Source: Nemertoderma westbladi (lineage: Eukaryota; Animalia; Xenacoelomorpha). Taken from it: a DNA stretch of 64,000 nucleotides. A program made the position numbers and the translations under genes. The stretch spans positions 124,001-188,000 of the forward strand of contig JAUCBJ010007043.1 of the NCBI GenBank assembly GCA_032718475.1. The letters are read 5' to 3'. The first letter of the stretch is position 1; each line of letters starts with the position of its first letter. Positions 1 through 12,418 of the stretch are shown in pieces. The notes below the pieces were generated by a model. That model did not search any database and was not told the DNA's origin. It saw only the letters and a list, made by a program, of their open reading frames with translations.

Positions 1-1394
1 TTATAATATGGATAAACTCATATATAGCAGATATGACGGAGTTGATAGAAGATGGTCTTGGTATCGGGGAGCGATATACTCTACTTTTACAAGCGTTTGT
101 TGATAGCTTAATACGCGGCGACGTTAGTCCAACTGCTGCGGAAGACGATGGTCGTTATATCGAACCGCCAATGTCCCAAGAGCAGCTCGCGCGAGTTGGA
201 CTATAGAAAATTCGCTGCTCGATATACGCGGCGTAATGGTATGTATATGGGCTTCTTAACTACTGGTCATCCTATCGATTTACACAATACGGACTATGTC
301 GACTATATATTCTGCCCAGCGGAGTCGGAACCATAAACGGAAATTCGAATGCGAAAATTCTATTCGAAATCGACTCGAAAGAAAAGACACTTAAGAAACA
401 AATGGACGCGGTAACTCCAACGTATATTTGGAATTCTTGATAGAAGCATTGTAACAACAAATAAATATCACCCGTGTTTACCCTACCAGACGTGCGTCTT
501 TGGTATTATTACGATAAATGCCCTAGACCCAACTAATAAACGGAAAGACATAAACATCCACGTAAACCGAAACTTGTTGACGTATCACCTATGCTCACTC
601 GGCTCGAACGATCCTGGAGTAAACCTACGATCAGAGTCCCGGAATACTCGGTCAAACCTCCTCATTCCTTAGTTGGACCTCAGACCTGCGATCTTGGTGG
701 TGTCGCGGATCCTCGCGGACTGTATTCACTGTTCAAAGATCTAGTGCTACCCTAACAATTAATCGGTAACACTCCGACAGTGATTTCTAGCTAGCCGCCC
801 ATCTTACCTAGCCGGATTGTGACGCGGACACCTAATATCACTATCCAACCGTATGGTCGTCCACGCTTAACGCGATACAACCCCTCATCAAGGTGAAGGA
901 GAGCGTTGTACGAAACGAGTTAAACGCTATTTTATAAAGATCAAAAAGGAAACCTGCGTTTGTTCAGATAAACGTAAGTTATCACAGTGAGTCCAATCGA
1001 TACACGAATTGGCCTTATCTCAATTCGATTGGGAAATCCAGAATCTCTAAGAAGTTATCGAACTTGGACGATCCTATTTTCTGCGAGAGTTTTTGGATGA
1101 ACGTATCCAGCTACGAGCGGAGGAAAATCAGCTCGAGGAGAAGCATATCGAAACGGCAGATACCTCGACCACAATCCTACACCTTCTGATGCAATCATAT
1201 TGCACCCTTCACCCAGGAGTTATGGCCCTCCTAGTAAAGTGGCTCCCCCCAAAGAGAAAAAGACTCTTGCTAGCCTCAAAAAACTGCGTAAACGCCGTCT
1301 GCGTAAGAAAGACTAACTGTTTAGAGTATCTTTATGTTTTAGAAACTGTGATTTTTATATTTTATAGACTGAAAATCCCATTTTCTGGGAGCGG
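1..1394 (+). pseudogene. Degenerate 3' accessory-ORF region of BEL/Pao family A copy A0 (window-truncated), ending in PPT GGGAGCGG (1387-1394)
   Basis: Reverse-complement match to ~20615-22245; ORF fragments share RELDYRKF.ARYT.RNG and the LHPSPR.Y.PPSKVA tail; frameshifted. Confidence 0.8.
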
Positions 1395-2632
1395 TGTAAA
1401 AGCCTTTGCTGAATTGCCCCGTTATTTTTATTATCTTTTACATTAAAATACTCTGTAGTTGATTTAATAAGTGTAAGAGACCGTATTATTGCTGTATCGG
1501 TGTTTTTAGAGGATCTAAGACCTATTTCCTCCGTATGTGTACTGTGAAAGGCATATTTTATGATTCTATGGCAATTCGTGACGCAAAGGGGTGATAGCTA
1601 CTCTTGAACAGTAGTTACTATGACTACGGTTAACAGCTGACATTCATACGTGTTGATTTCCTTTGTTCTACGGCGTCTCTCAGTTCAGTCAGCCAATTAG
1701 AGCGTTTTTGTGGCTCCTTGTACAGAAAATTTCCGAGAAATGACGCAATGCCTATGTGCAGTGTTTACATTCAGTCCTGAGCCAAAGAAAGAACGGCTTG
1801 GAAGTATTTTGTGCTTTACTGTTTTTAGTCTTACACTAGTAGGTTTAATTACAAGGACATATATCCTTTAACTACCTGACTCATGGAATCACTGCTGACT
1901 GATCATACATGCTGACTGCTGAAACATTGCAAACTCATAACAATCAGTGTTTTCATTGTTGTTTTATACTGCTATTTACCGTCAGTTCTTCATAATATGG
2001 TTGATGAATAATTATATTTGGAATAACGATAAATAACCCCGAAACCCAATATTCTTGATATACCGAAGGTAAGAGAGAAGGGTTACAGATAAACGATTGT
2101 GACTTATGTTAAAGTGGTTTGAAGTGAATCTAATGTTATTTGATAGACCCTACATGAGTCAGTCTGTGTTCCTTTTATATGTGACTAAAATCAGTGAAGA
2201 TTGGCAGATTAGTGTGCAGTATTGTGCAGCATTGTGTATGAGTGAGTCTGTTAAAGAAGCAATTCCTAAAGAATGCGCCATATATGTGAATTATAATTAA
2301 GCCATATCGTTGTGAGTAGTTTAAGTCATAACTCTGTTTATATAGATAAAGCGCCACGTCCTAAAGGAACTGTTAATATTACCGAAGGTGAATAATATTG
2401 TCAGAGATTATATAGTACTGTCAGTCGAATAATACATTAGGCTTACATAGCAATAAAATTAAACCGTCGAACCCAATCTCCCGGGAATATCCAGCGGGTG
2501 AATGATCGCGCACAGATTGGTTTCGACTAGTGTAGTGAATCAAATACTTGTCATAGACTAAAAACCGATTTAATATCTAGAAGACATCTTAATTTGGTGG
2601 GTTAAACTGCCAAAGGTCTGAAAGCGCGAACA
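1395..2632 (+). repeat. 3' LTR of BEL/Pao family A (copy A0)
   Basis: Begins TGTAAA directly after the purine tract, ends GCGCGAACA; homologous to 9625-10485, 17893-20614 (minus) and 29369-30566. Confidence 0.9.
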
Positions 2633-3468
2633 ATATGTTTTGAAATTCTCTAATATTCTTTTTAAAACCTTTAATATTATTGCTGACCTTTTGGCGTTAA
2701 CGGCGCCTCATATTTACCTTGCCAAGTAATAGTGTTATGATAAAAACTAATAAATTTTGAACTAAAAAATTAACTGTTTTTCTAAACATATGCTTAAAAC
2801 ATATGTAAGTATGGAAATCGAAAACGAAATAGTTGAAATATCCTGCCACGAATGCATATGACGACATAAATACATACAAGACAATACATATGTCAATTAA
2901 AATTTCCGTACTTACATATGTTTTCAGCATATGTGCAGAAAACAGGCAAGCGCGTACACATATGCCATGTGCGCGCAAGCGCGCACATGTGGCTTGCTCT
3001 GTGGGCGCACGGCGCACGTTTTTGTCCTTTTCTGCGCACGCGCACGCGCACCCATTATTTTACCGCGCACAACGTGTTTTAATTTTTGTAAACATTTTTC
3101 AGGCTGGATGAAATGGAACCAAACTTGGTACACATGTAGTCTATAAAAAATTTAGAAATTCTACACACAGACAGACTTCTACACTTCTCCGGTCTGCTGC
3201 TAGGGGGCGAATTAACAGAAACGTAAAAATAGCTGTAATTATAGAACCAACGATCAGATTCATCTGAAATTTAGTAGTAGTTACCTAAGAGCATTGCTTA
3301 ATTAGAAATTCTACAGAGACTTTTACAGTTCCTGTCTGCCGCTAGTGGGGAATTGTTAGAGCTCCAGTTCAACGTGCTTAGCACGGTTTAATAAACAATC
3401 AATTAATTATTTTATTCAATACAGTAATTATAACAGTAAAATGCAATGTATTCTATTTTTTAGTGAAA

Positions 3469-3742
3469 TCAAGAGACAGGAGGGGGGTGGGACTGGACGC
3501 AAATCCCATCTTGGCGAATTAATATCCCGCCTCAATATTAATTTCAAAATTTTGGGAAAGGAGCAGGTTACAGTGGCACGTTATTTTAACCAAAACAATA
3601 AAGTAAACACAATAGAACAGGTTACAGTTTTATTTTTGAGAGTAATCAGCTGTTGTTATTTGCGTCCAATTTCCCCTGGAGAGGGATGAATTTTTATTGC
3701 GTCCAGTTCCCCCCCCCCCCCCCCCCCCCCCCCCTATCTTGA
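3469..3742. mobile_element. Small MITE-like element
   Basis: Imperfect terminal inverted repeats TCAAGA..GGGGG..GACTGGACGCAA / TTGCGTCCAGTT-polyC-TATCTTGA; no coding capacity. Confidence 0.5.
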
Positions 3743-3859
3743 AATCAAATACCAAAAATATATTTATTATATGAACAATCTATTTGGAAATTGTAAGTTC
3801 GGCCTATCTCTTTACCATAAGCTCAGTATCTTTATCTGGTGTGTTTTTATTATTTTACC

Positions 3860-4490
3860 AATTATTTAATATGTTTGATAGAATTGAACAACACCGCCCA
3901 ACACAACCAACTCTCTATCCGCCTCGAGCATCGAGAATACGAGAAACTCGATCGAAATACCTGCTTATCCCAGTAGTATCCGTCCGTAGTCAGAGTTACC
4001 GGACCGCTGCGGTTTACTCCCGTAGAACAGTAGAATTCCCGCAGCTTCCGACCCAATTCGACAACGAATTCGCTTCACACTTTCGCGTCACAGAGAACGT
4101 AATCCAGTGCGATAACGTCTGCCCAACGTTCAACCATTTCCCCCAGGCGATCCCAGGATCCGGGCCGCCGCTAAACCCAGATCGCAATCCTCGTCGATTC
4201 GTCCAGTCGTCGACGTAAGTCAGTAAGTGGGACTCTTCCCACCGCACTCCAAGGTGGGTGACCGGAGTGAGGCATGATGAACTTGGCAGTGGCCCGCATT
4301 ACGATCTGACCGACCGCCGTATTCCCAGTGTCTGAGTGTAGTAAATACCCAAATAGAATCGTACTGACAAACAAGCAATTCCGTAGTATTCCCCCGTTAA
4401 TCACCTCTTGAAGCAACTCGGCTGCTCGGGTCCAGATACATCGGACTGTCGGGAGCGTTTCAGACATCAGACAGTAATGGAGCGGCATTT
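3860..4490 (-). pseudogene. Possible 3' fragment of an L1/Tx1-like LINE ORF2
   Basis: GC-rich island; translation PTVRCIW...ILFG...IVMRATAKFI..W resembles the region after the C-terminal zinc knuckle of L1/Tx1 ORF2; interrupted by stops. Confidence 0.35.
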
Positions 4491-4867
4491 GCGAATATTT
4501 CCAATGGTTTTATAATAAATAAGGGGATTCAACAGTTCAATGCTAAAACAAATGGATTATTCCTAACCCCACCCCAATACAGCAATATACCTAACAGTAT
4601 ATAGCTTAGGTACCACAGTCTGACTGACTAGCTTTAAATATTAGAGTATGAAAATTATTATAGGACCCTCATGGAAACGAGGTATATACCTCATGAGGCT
4701 ATCCTTACACCAGAACCTTTTATTTAAGTAAATAAACATTTTATAAGTTGACTATCTACATAAATCAGTATTGGTGCTCCTAAATATCTAGTGTTATTAC
4801 TTGTACTGTAGGCCTAATACTGTAATATCGTAACGTAATCTTTATAAATGTATTATTGTGAATAATT

Positions 4868-5700
4868 AAAGTTCGAGGAGGCCATGGGGGCATTGACCGA
4901 ACACCGCTGCCGCACAATCCGCCGTGCGGCGGAGTACAAAACCGGCAGCTGGATCTCTTCTCTCCCCCGGGCTGACCTCCAGTACGACCTTTCCCCACGA
5001 GAATTCCGCGATGCGGTGGCAGTTCGGTACGGGAAACCCCTCCTCGGCGTTCCCAGTCGGTGCGACGGATGTGGGGCCGCCTTTGATTTGAACCATGGTT
5101 TGAATTGTAAGAAGGGCGGCCTCGTCATCCAGCGCCACAATGAGTTGCGCGACACCGTGGGTGACCTTGCAGCATTGGCGTTTGGGCCGCGCAATGTCAT
5201 GTTGGAGCCGGTGGTGAGGGAGCAGATGGAGGATGGTGATGGGGCAGGGCTGCGGTGCGATGTAGGGATTAGGGGCGCGTTTAACGCACAGACTCAGGCG
5301 TTGATCGATATCAGGTCAACCAACCTTGACGCCGAGTCTTACGCTAAACGTGCTCCTATGACCATTCTCGAGGCTGCGGAAGATGAGAAGAAGCGGTTGT
5401 ACGCGGCTGCTGTAGCAGCTCGTCGCGGCGACTTCTCACCTTTCGTGGCTTCGTGCGACGGAGTGTTGGCACCGCAGGCGAACATGCTGCTCCGCATTAT
5501 CGCCACCAAACTCCACAGCGCCTGGGGTAAACCCTACACCACCGTTATGGGATGGGTCCGCACGCGAGTGCAGTTCGCCATTGTCCGCGGTACGTCCCAC
5601 TGCCTGCGCGGATCTCGCACGAGGTGGCGTAGCGGTCTGGGATTTGAGGACGGGGCCGGTCTCCCAACATTGGCCATGTAAATAAACCTGTAAATAATAT
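4868..5700 (+). mobile_element. 5'-truncated CRE-like (restriction-like endonuclease) non-LTR retrotransposon; ORF 4884-5681 is the C-terminal zinc knuckle plus RLE
   Basis: CDGC-x7-H-x3-C knuckle, RHNELRD, EP, RCDVGIRG...IDIR, EDEKKRLY, FSPFVASCDG; abrupt GC shift; AATAAA and AT-rich tail after the stop. Confidence 0.85.
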
Positions 5701-6377
5701 ATTGTTGGACTTTTCCCACTCCTACCTAAAAGTTATTTTTAAAGTATGATTGTTTCCTGGTGGTGGGTATTACAGCCATTGTTTGTTTTGTGTTGGTTTT
5801 TTTTATTGTTTGTATTTGTCTCAATCCAATATACATCAGCCACCCCTATAAGGAAAAAAAATTATTGTGAATTTTAAAAGGTTTAATTATGTGTAAAAAA
5901 CAATCAATCAATCAAACCATAATCAGCACAGTCAGCCTACGCATGGGTGGTACCTACGGTGCGCACTACAACGGCAGTACAGCAATACGGTGTACCGTGC
6001 CAATGACTGAATGATTAGCGGTAACTACTGAACTATCTAAACTATTATATTATTATTACCGGTACTAGGCTAATTAGGCCTAAACTATAATCACCGCAAG
6101 GGTTTCCGGGGCCATGTTTAGATTACATGATATGGCATGTCTGCAGTGTATGGTACCGGCTGACCTGTATTGCAGTATTGACTGATTGCAGAATTCTCGA
6201 TTCAGGAATTGAGTACAGCCTGACAGTACCGGTACAAATGGTACATGCAGATTGGCAGACAGCCCCTATGTTTTGCAAAATTTGTCAGAAAACCAGCTGA
6301 TTTATCCTACAGTAATAATAATTTAACGCATGTTAATTTTGGATAAATAAATATATTATAACTACAATAACAGTTAC

Positions 6378-6604
6378 ACTGATGCTGCACGAAGGCCCCA
6401 CGCAAATTCTACTTGGAAAATTTTCAAACTTTTGCCAAACAACATGTGTACCAAGTTTGGATAGATTTCATCAAGGATTGGCCGAGTTATTAACGTTTAA
6501 AATAAAATACTGAAAAAAAACGCGACAGAACGACAGAACGACAGGTTGATTAATGGTACCACTACGCTAAGGCTCTCTCACTTCGTGGCTCGCCCCACAT
6601 TCAC

Positions 6605-6635
<31 letters not shown>

Positions 6636-7080
6636 ATCCTATGCAATAGCACCCAGCCAACATGGATGTTAACCAATAAATGAGCAGCATTTAAATGAGA
6701 ATGAATTTTTTTATGCTGTTTTAATTACTTAGATCAATTAAAGACACAATTATTAAAGCAAATCACTTAAACTAATTAAAAACTATAATGGAATGGGGTA
6801 TGGAGATTACAGCTATATAACTTTTAAGTATAATTATTTAAATCTTATACTATAAAATAATTAATTTCCTTTAAAAGGCAGGTTGAAAATGTTTCTCGAA
6901 GGCCACACGCAAATTCAACTTGGAAAATTCTAAACTTTTGCCAGACTACATATGTACCAAGTTTGGATATATTTTATCGAGATTTGGCTGAGTTATTAAC
7001 GTTTAAAATTGGACACGACAGAACGACAGATCAATAGAACGACACGTTCGTGGGGCCTTCGCGCAGCACGAGGCCCAGTT
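6378..7080 (+). mobile_element. Non-autonomous Helentron/HINE (DINE-1-like) element
   Basis: Subterminal inverted repeats 6384-6402 / 7049-7067; 3' stem-loop GGGCCT..AGGCCC at 7053-7076; duplicated ~110 bp core (6390, 6897), each followed by ACGACAGA repeats; related core on the minus strand near 3100-3145. Confidence 0.55.
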
Positions 7081-7299
7081 ATGAGATACAAATTTAAATT
7101 GAGCGACTGTATCACAAAATCAGGTTTTGAGAAATTTACCCACACCACCAATCAATCAAAGAAAGGGGGACAGTACGTGTTCACCCCTTTTAATCTCCCC
7201 CCCCCCCCCCCCCCCCCCCCACCCTTCCCAACCACCAATACATAACCGCGACATCTACCACCCTCGGAAGGGTAGCACGAACTTATTTCCAATCGCACG

Positions 7300-7637
7300 T
7301 TCAATATGCAAAGCCAGGTGGTGTATAGGAATATAATCAACGCCGTACTCGTCTTAATTATTATAAGCGTCGTTCAGTAGTTGCGCTCGTCCTTGTTTTG
7401 TATTTAAATATATTTCCTAAACGCAGACTGACAATCTTCGTAACTATCGATACGTGCAATATGCGAAACCAGGAATGGTTTATAGGAATATAATCAACGC
7501 CGTACTCGTCTTAATTATTATAAGCGTCGTTGCGCTCGTCCTAATATATTTCCTAAACGCAGACTGACAATCTTTATAACTATCGATGCATTCAATATGC
7601 GAAGCCAGGTATGGTTTATAGGAATATAATCAACGCA
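7300..7637. repeat. Tandem repeat, ~2.3 copies of a 135-155 bp unit
   Basis: CAATATGC.AA.CCAGG..TGGT.TATAGGAATATAATCAACGC recurs at ~7302, ~7458 and ~7593. Confidence 0.85.
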
Positions 7638-8229
7638 GAACGCAGTACTAAATGCAGTCGATGCAGTAATGATATTCAAATAATTAATTTAATACCAGTA
7701 CCCTCTGTTAATGCCTCAGTGTAAAAACTTAGACAATTCAACTACAAAGAAATCCCATCAAAAAATAATAAGCCTAATATTTATGAGGAAAAAACAAGTA
7801 TGGATATAAGCCTTCTGCAGTGGTAAAATGTTATTGACTGACATTTATTAAATGAGATCTGTCTAACACAGCAATAACACAATAATAGACTGAATAGTAG
7901 GGAATTCAGATTTCCATCTCGTTAGCTAGCTATGGCCAATCTGTCTACCTGCCTGTACACATGTGGTTACTTACATTCGCATTCCCATTGAAGAGCAACT
8001 GGCTGTTCTACACACACATCCTTCCCATCCTGTGTACCATGCACCGAGACACACACAAAAAATTAATTATAATTAACAAAATTATAATCCCAAATTAAAG
8101 CTCCAAACATTCTTTACTATTCCATCATCCACAATTCCAGTATCAGTTCCAGTTTCCAATTTTCCAATAACAATATTCATTAATGAGATAAACACTAGTA
8201 TTTCCATTAAACCTCAGTTAATAATACAG

Positions 8230-8520
8230 CGCCTGAACTGCCTTCATCATAGTGTCGTAGGGCTAGGGTTCAAATCCGAGTAAAGACTGTAGAAATTTCG
8301 TACTGTTGTGCGATGCCAACGGCGAGACACCATCAAATAGTAGGACCTCTACTCAAACCAGGCGGTACAATGGGAACATGGCTTCTGCTGCGGGTGAGTG
8401 AACATATGGTCTGATAATTAGTGTTCATCACTTGGGAGTTAATGTGGCGCCCTCTCTGCCAGCCAACTTGTATTGTAGGTAATACCCAAGAGAGACGAGC
8501 ATTTGGTTTTCCTCAAGATT
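8230..8520 (+). mobile_element. Putative tRNA-derived SINE
   Basis: Pol III B-box GGTTCAAATCC at 8267-8277 followed by a SINE-core-like CTCAAACCAGG..CAATGGGAAC; A-box degenerate; boundaries approximate. Confidence 0.4.
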
Positions 8521-9624
8521 TTCGTGTTTTACGTTCACAGACAACTTTAAATTATTCTTTAACACGTGAATAATCAGTAAAAATTGTTGGGGGGGGGGGG
8601 GGGGGGAGGAGGGGTAACGACAGATATCTTATAACTTGAGACCTAATAAACCAGGAGAAAACACAGGTGTATCGTTATTTAGGAATGTTATTGTGCAGCA
8701 CAAAGACAGAAACCCGGCAAGGCAATAAACTCATAATGACGAACAAAAATAAATTATAATGATAATAAAATGTATTAATGCTATAAAAAAAAGGTATTTG
8801 TGAATCAGCAGCGCTCCAAAAAATTTGAATAAAATTCAAATCAGAAAGATTTACTCTACAAAAAATAGTGTAAATAAATAAACAACTACAAGGATAAGAG
8901 GTCATGTGTAGGAAAGCTAATCAGACGATACCTTTACTAATATATTGAGCTGCATTGATCTGTACATAGTAATGTTGGGTGATGGGGGGGGGGGGGGGGG
9001 GGGGGGGGTGATGGGTAGGGGGTGTATGGGTGGTTTGTTAGTATTAGGGTGCACAATATCGACACATGCGCAGGAATGTGTTGATGTTTAATAGCACCGC
9101 ATTACCGCGTTAGAAAGAATCCCCAATTGGAATAAATAAATAAATTAAACGCGTTTTAATCGTTATGTTCCTCGACTTATATTATTCTCTCCACGGACGA
9201 GTTATTAGCTGCTAGACAGGTAGACCTAGTCCCCCACAACAACGGTCATACCTTATCAAAATAGCGGTTGTACTGGAGCGGTATTCGTTGTTCTCTAACC
9301 CACTGCAAGCGCATTTGAGGGGCCGGTATGTTTTAATAACTTCTGGTACAACGGGATGCAGTATTACAGCGCCAAGTACATTTAATCTGTTCAGAATATT
9401 CCGGACGCTAAGTTCATTTCATTCCCGATAAGTCGGGACTTTACAAAACTCGTGGATAAAACCGCGTGTAGCAGAGAGCAGATAAATTGGGTTGAATAGC
9501 AAAACAGAATAATATGGAACTGTAAGTGGAACTGCGGCGATTTGGGGTTTTTTTTATGCTGAATAGTCAGCCTGTCCGCGATAAGTTCAGAAGCCTACAG
9601 GAAATCGCGCAATGCATGACGGTC

Positions 9625-10485
9625 TTTGTTTACCTTTTTCCTGAGCCCAGAACATCGGCTTTGGAATTATTCTTAGTTTCAGACTTTAGCCAAACATTCG
9701 ACGGCTTTGATTATAGGAACGTATAACTGTTATCAAACCACACAGCAGACTCACGGCACATATCAGCCCCCATTGCATACTATACACTTTCACCGCATTA
9801 TTTTACTGCTATTTAATGTCGGTTATTAATTGTTAGAAGTTGATGGATATGTGTTATATTTGGAGAATATTGATAAATGATCATAAAACACCAATCTTCT
9901 TGATATACTGAAGGTTAGAGAGACCGGTTACCTGTAGCAATTGCGACTTACATTATAGTGGTTCTGGAGTGAATTTAATGCTATTTCATAGTCCCTACAT
10001 GTGTCGGTTGCTATTCTCTTTATATATGATCAAGTTCAGTGAAGGTCGGCAGATCAGTGTGCAGCAGTGTGCGGTAGTGTGCATGAGTGTGACAGATAAC
10101 AAAGCATTTCCTAAAGAATGCGCTTTATACGAAAATCATTAGCCATCCCGTTGTGTTTAGTGTAAGTCATAACTCTGTTTACATACTTAGAGCGCCACAA
10201 CCTAAAGGAACTGTTAATATTTCCCGAAAGTAAATAATATTTGTCAGAGATTATATATTAATGATAAATCGAATAGTACAGTAAGTCTACACCGCAATAA
10301 GGTCAGAGCCTCCGAATCCAGTCTCCCTTAACAGTGGGTGAATGGTCGCGCATAGGCTGGTTTCGGCTAGTGTAACTTTATATCTTATATGCAACAAATA
10401 CTTGTTATAGGCTAAAGTCGATTTATAAACTAGAAGACACCTAAAATTAGCGGGTTAAACTGCTAAAGGTCTAAAAGCGCGAACA
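9625..10485 (+). repeat. 5' LTR (recognisable part) of BEL/Pao copy A1
   Basis: Aligns with 29705-30566 and ends GCGCGAACA; the upstream U3 part is divergent, so the true start is not identified. Confidence 0.8.
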
Positions 10486-12014
10486 ATAACAGTTATTCTA
10501 GTTTCTTTATTGCAACGTAGGCAATAAAGTCGAATGTACCGGTCGACCGGTAACCTGTCGGCCTAACTACATAACCACCCGAACCGGTACTTACAGCAGT
10601 ATAGGTACATCAGTATTATTCGATTTTGATAATTATATACCGGTAGGTCTTGATAATTAATCAGGGAATGGCCGCCCTGGTTTTTTATTGGGATTTTACT
10701 TATTTCTGTCAGTTTTATTTATCTGTAAGTGTAATATTGAGCAGAGGGCGTGTAAGCCTGCTCAGATTGTATAGATACTTTGTAGGCTGGATTGTTGTCT
10801 AGCTGTTGTTAAGTTTGAAGAGATTGCAGTATGTGTAGAGTGTAGGTCCGATAAAGTACTAGTTAGGAAAGTAGGGGCATCCAGTGTTGTAAGGTAAATC
10901 CCCCCCGAAAGAATAAGTCGTACTACTCGGTTAGAACGCATACTAACTAACCATTTCGGAGTCTGCATATACTGTAGTTTATTTAGGCTTGACGGTAGTC
11001 TGCCAGCATTTGGTCTGTATTTTGTTTGTATAGTCTGCACGGGTAGCGTAATATTTATTATTCAGAGTTTATGCAAGTATTCGCAACCTACATAACCCCT
11101 AAGTTCATTCCTACAGTAATTGTGCTTGTTATACATGCCGTTATAGTTAAATTAACCCCGGTACTACATCAGGGCTGCTTGGCGTAGGTAAAGACTGGTG
11201 ATTTTGTGCCCCGGTCACTCCAGCAGATACCGTGGTTCTTTTAGCTGTTCAAGTATATTTAACTGCTGGTTATTTGTTTTACAAGTATTTGTACCTAATT
11301 TAAGGTATTAGTGTACAGTGCTTTCCGAAAGTAATTTAGTTTGTAGGCAGTGTATTTGTGTTGTAAAGTGGTTAATAGGCACGTTAGCTCTGGTTGGCTG
11401 CGGTAATTAACTTCTAGGTAAGGACACTCCGGGTACATAACGTAGTACTTATAGTGCTGTATAGCAAAAAGGCTATAAGTCGTCAGACGGTGGTATTTTC
11501 TTATCTAGACAACGCAATATATTTACTACTGCTTTATTATCTTCAAATACCGTAGTATCCTGTCCGTTTGTAATAACCAGAAATTCTAACTCCCTGTTAG
11601 ACTGGTTTGTAGAATTCCTGTAAAATTACCCTGAAATTTGTACGTGTAATTTTTTTTTTTTTGTGTTTATTTAGAGATTGTAATCTCACCCCATATGTAA
11701 GTAATTTGTAGTAATAAGTAACTTAGTCAAGTATAATTATTTGTTTTAGTGTCCAACAAGTAGCACTTCACTGAGAGCGTTTAGCTTCGGTGTAGTGACT
11801 CCTCACCAGAAATAATAACATTTATTTCAAATATTGTCAAAAACCCATTATAAGGGTATATATATATTATAAATCAACTTGCACCGATTTATAAAATAGT
11901 AGGCCTGTCATACATCAATTAGGTCTTAATATCAGTTGGACTACTGCTTAATAACAGTAACAAAGTAAAGAAAAGTAACCCTAAAATTCAGAAATTCAGT
12001 TATTATAAAATAAT

Positions 12015-12290
12015 TGACATACCGGTATTTACGATAGGCTTATTATATTTATTTATATAAATTTATGCTGAAATTATATACCGGTATTCTGCAATTAATT
12101 CTAGTCTATAATTATACTTATATATACTATAAGTATAAGCTGTATACCGGTATTTACGGTAGGCCTTTTAAATATATTTCTATATATTTATGCTTAAATT
12201 ATATACCGGTATTCTGTGACTAATCAGTCCTAGTTTGTAATAATCATACTTATATATATACTATAAGTGTATACCGGTATTCTAATATAT
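12015..12290. repeat. AT-rich tandem repeat in the A1 leader (~60/125 bp period)
   Basis: Five ATACCGGTATT units alternating TTACG / CTG continuations. Confidence 0.75.
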
Positions 12291-12418
12291 TATATATATA
12301 TCGCGTTACATTGAGTAACGATATTGGTAATTAATTACTAGGCTTACAGTTGATACTGAATTACTAGATCTGCTTTAACTGTCGTTATATTAGTAGGCAT
12401 TCAACTGTACAATCAAAC

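Noticed and set aside
2106-2357. Small ORFs inside family A LTRs (also 31756-31995 and 61499-61795 in B)
   Set aside because: Starts and stops are not conserved between copies; conservation is better explained by RNA structure or recent duplication
6606-9010. Poly-C/poly-G tracts and polyproline/polyglycine ORFs (also 3709-3734)
   Set aside because: Simple homopolymers; the ORFs are incidental
10160-10260. Hammerhead or other small ribozyme in the LTR multi-stem region
   Set aside because: Stems are present, but I could not find the CUGANGA/GAAA core or another known catalytic consensus
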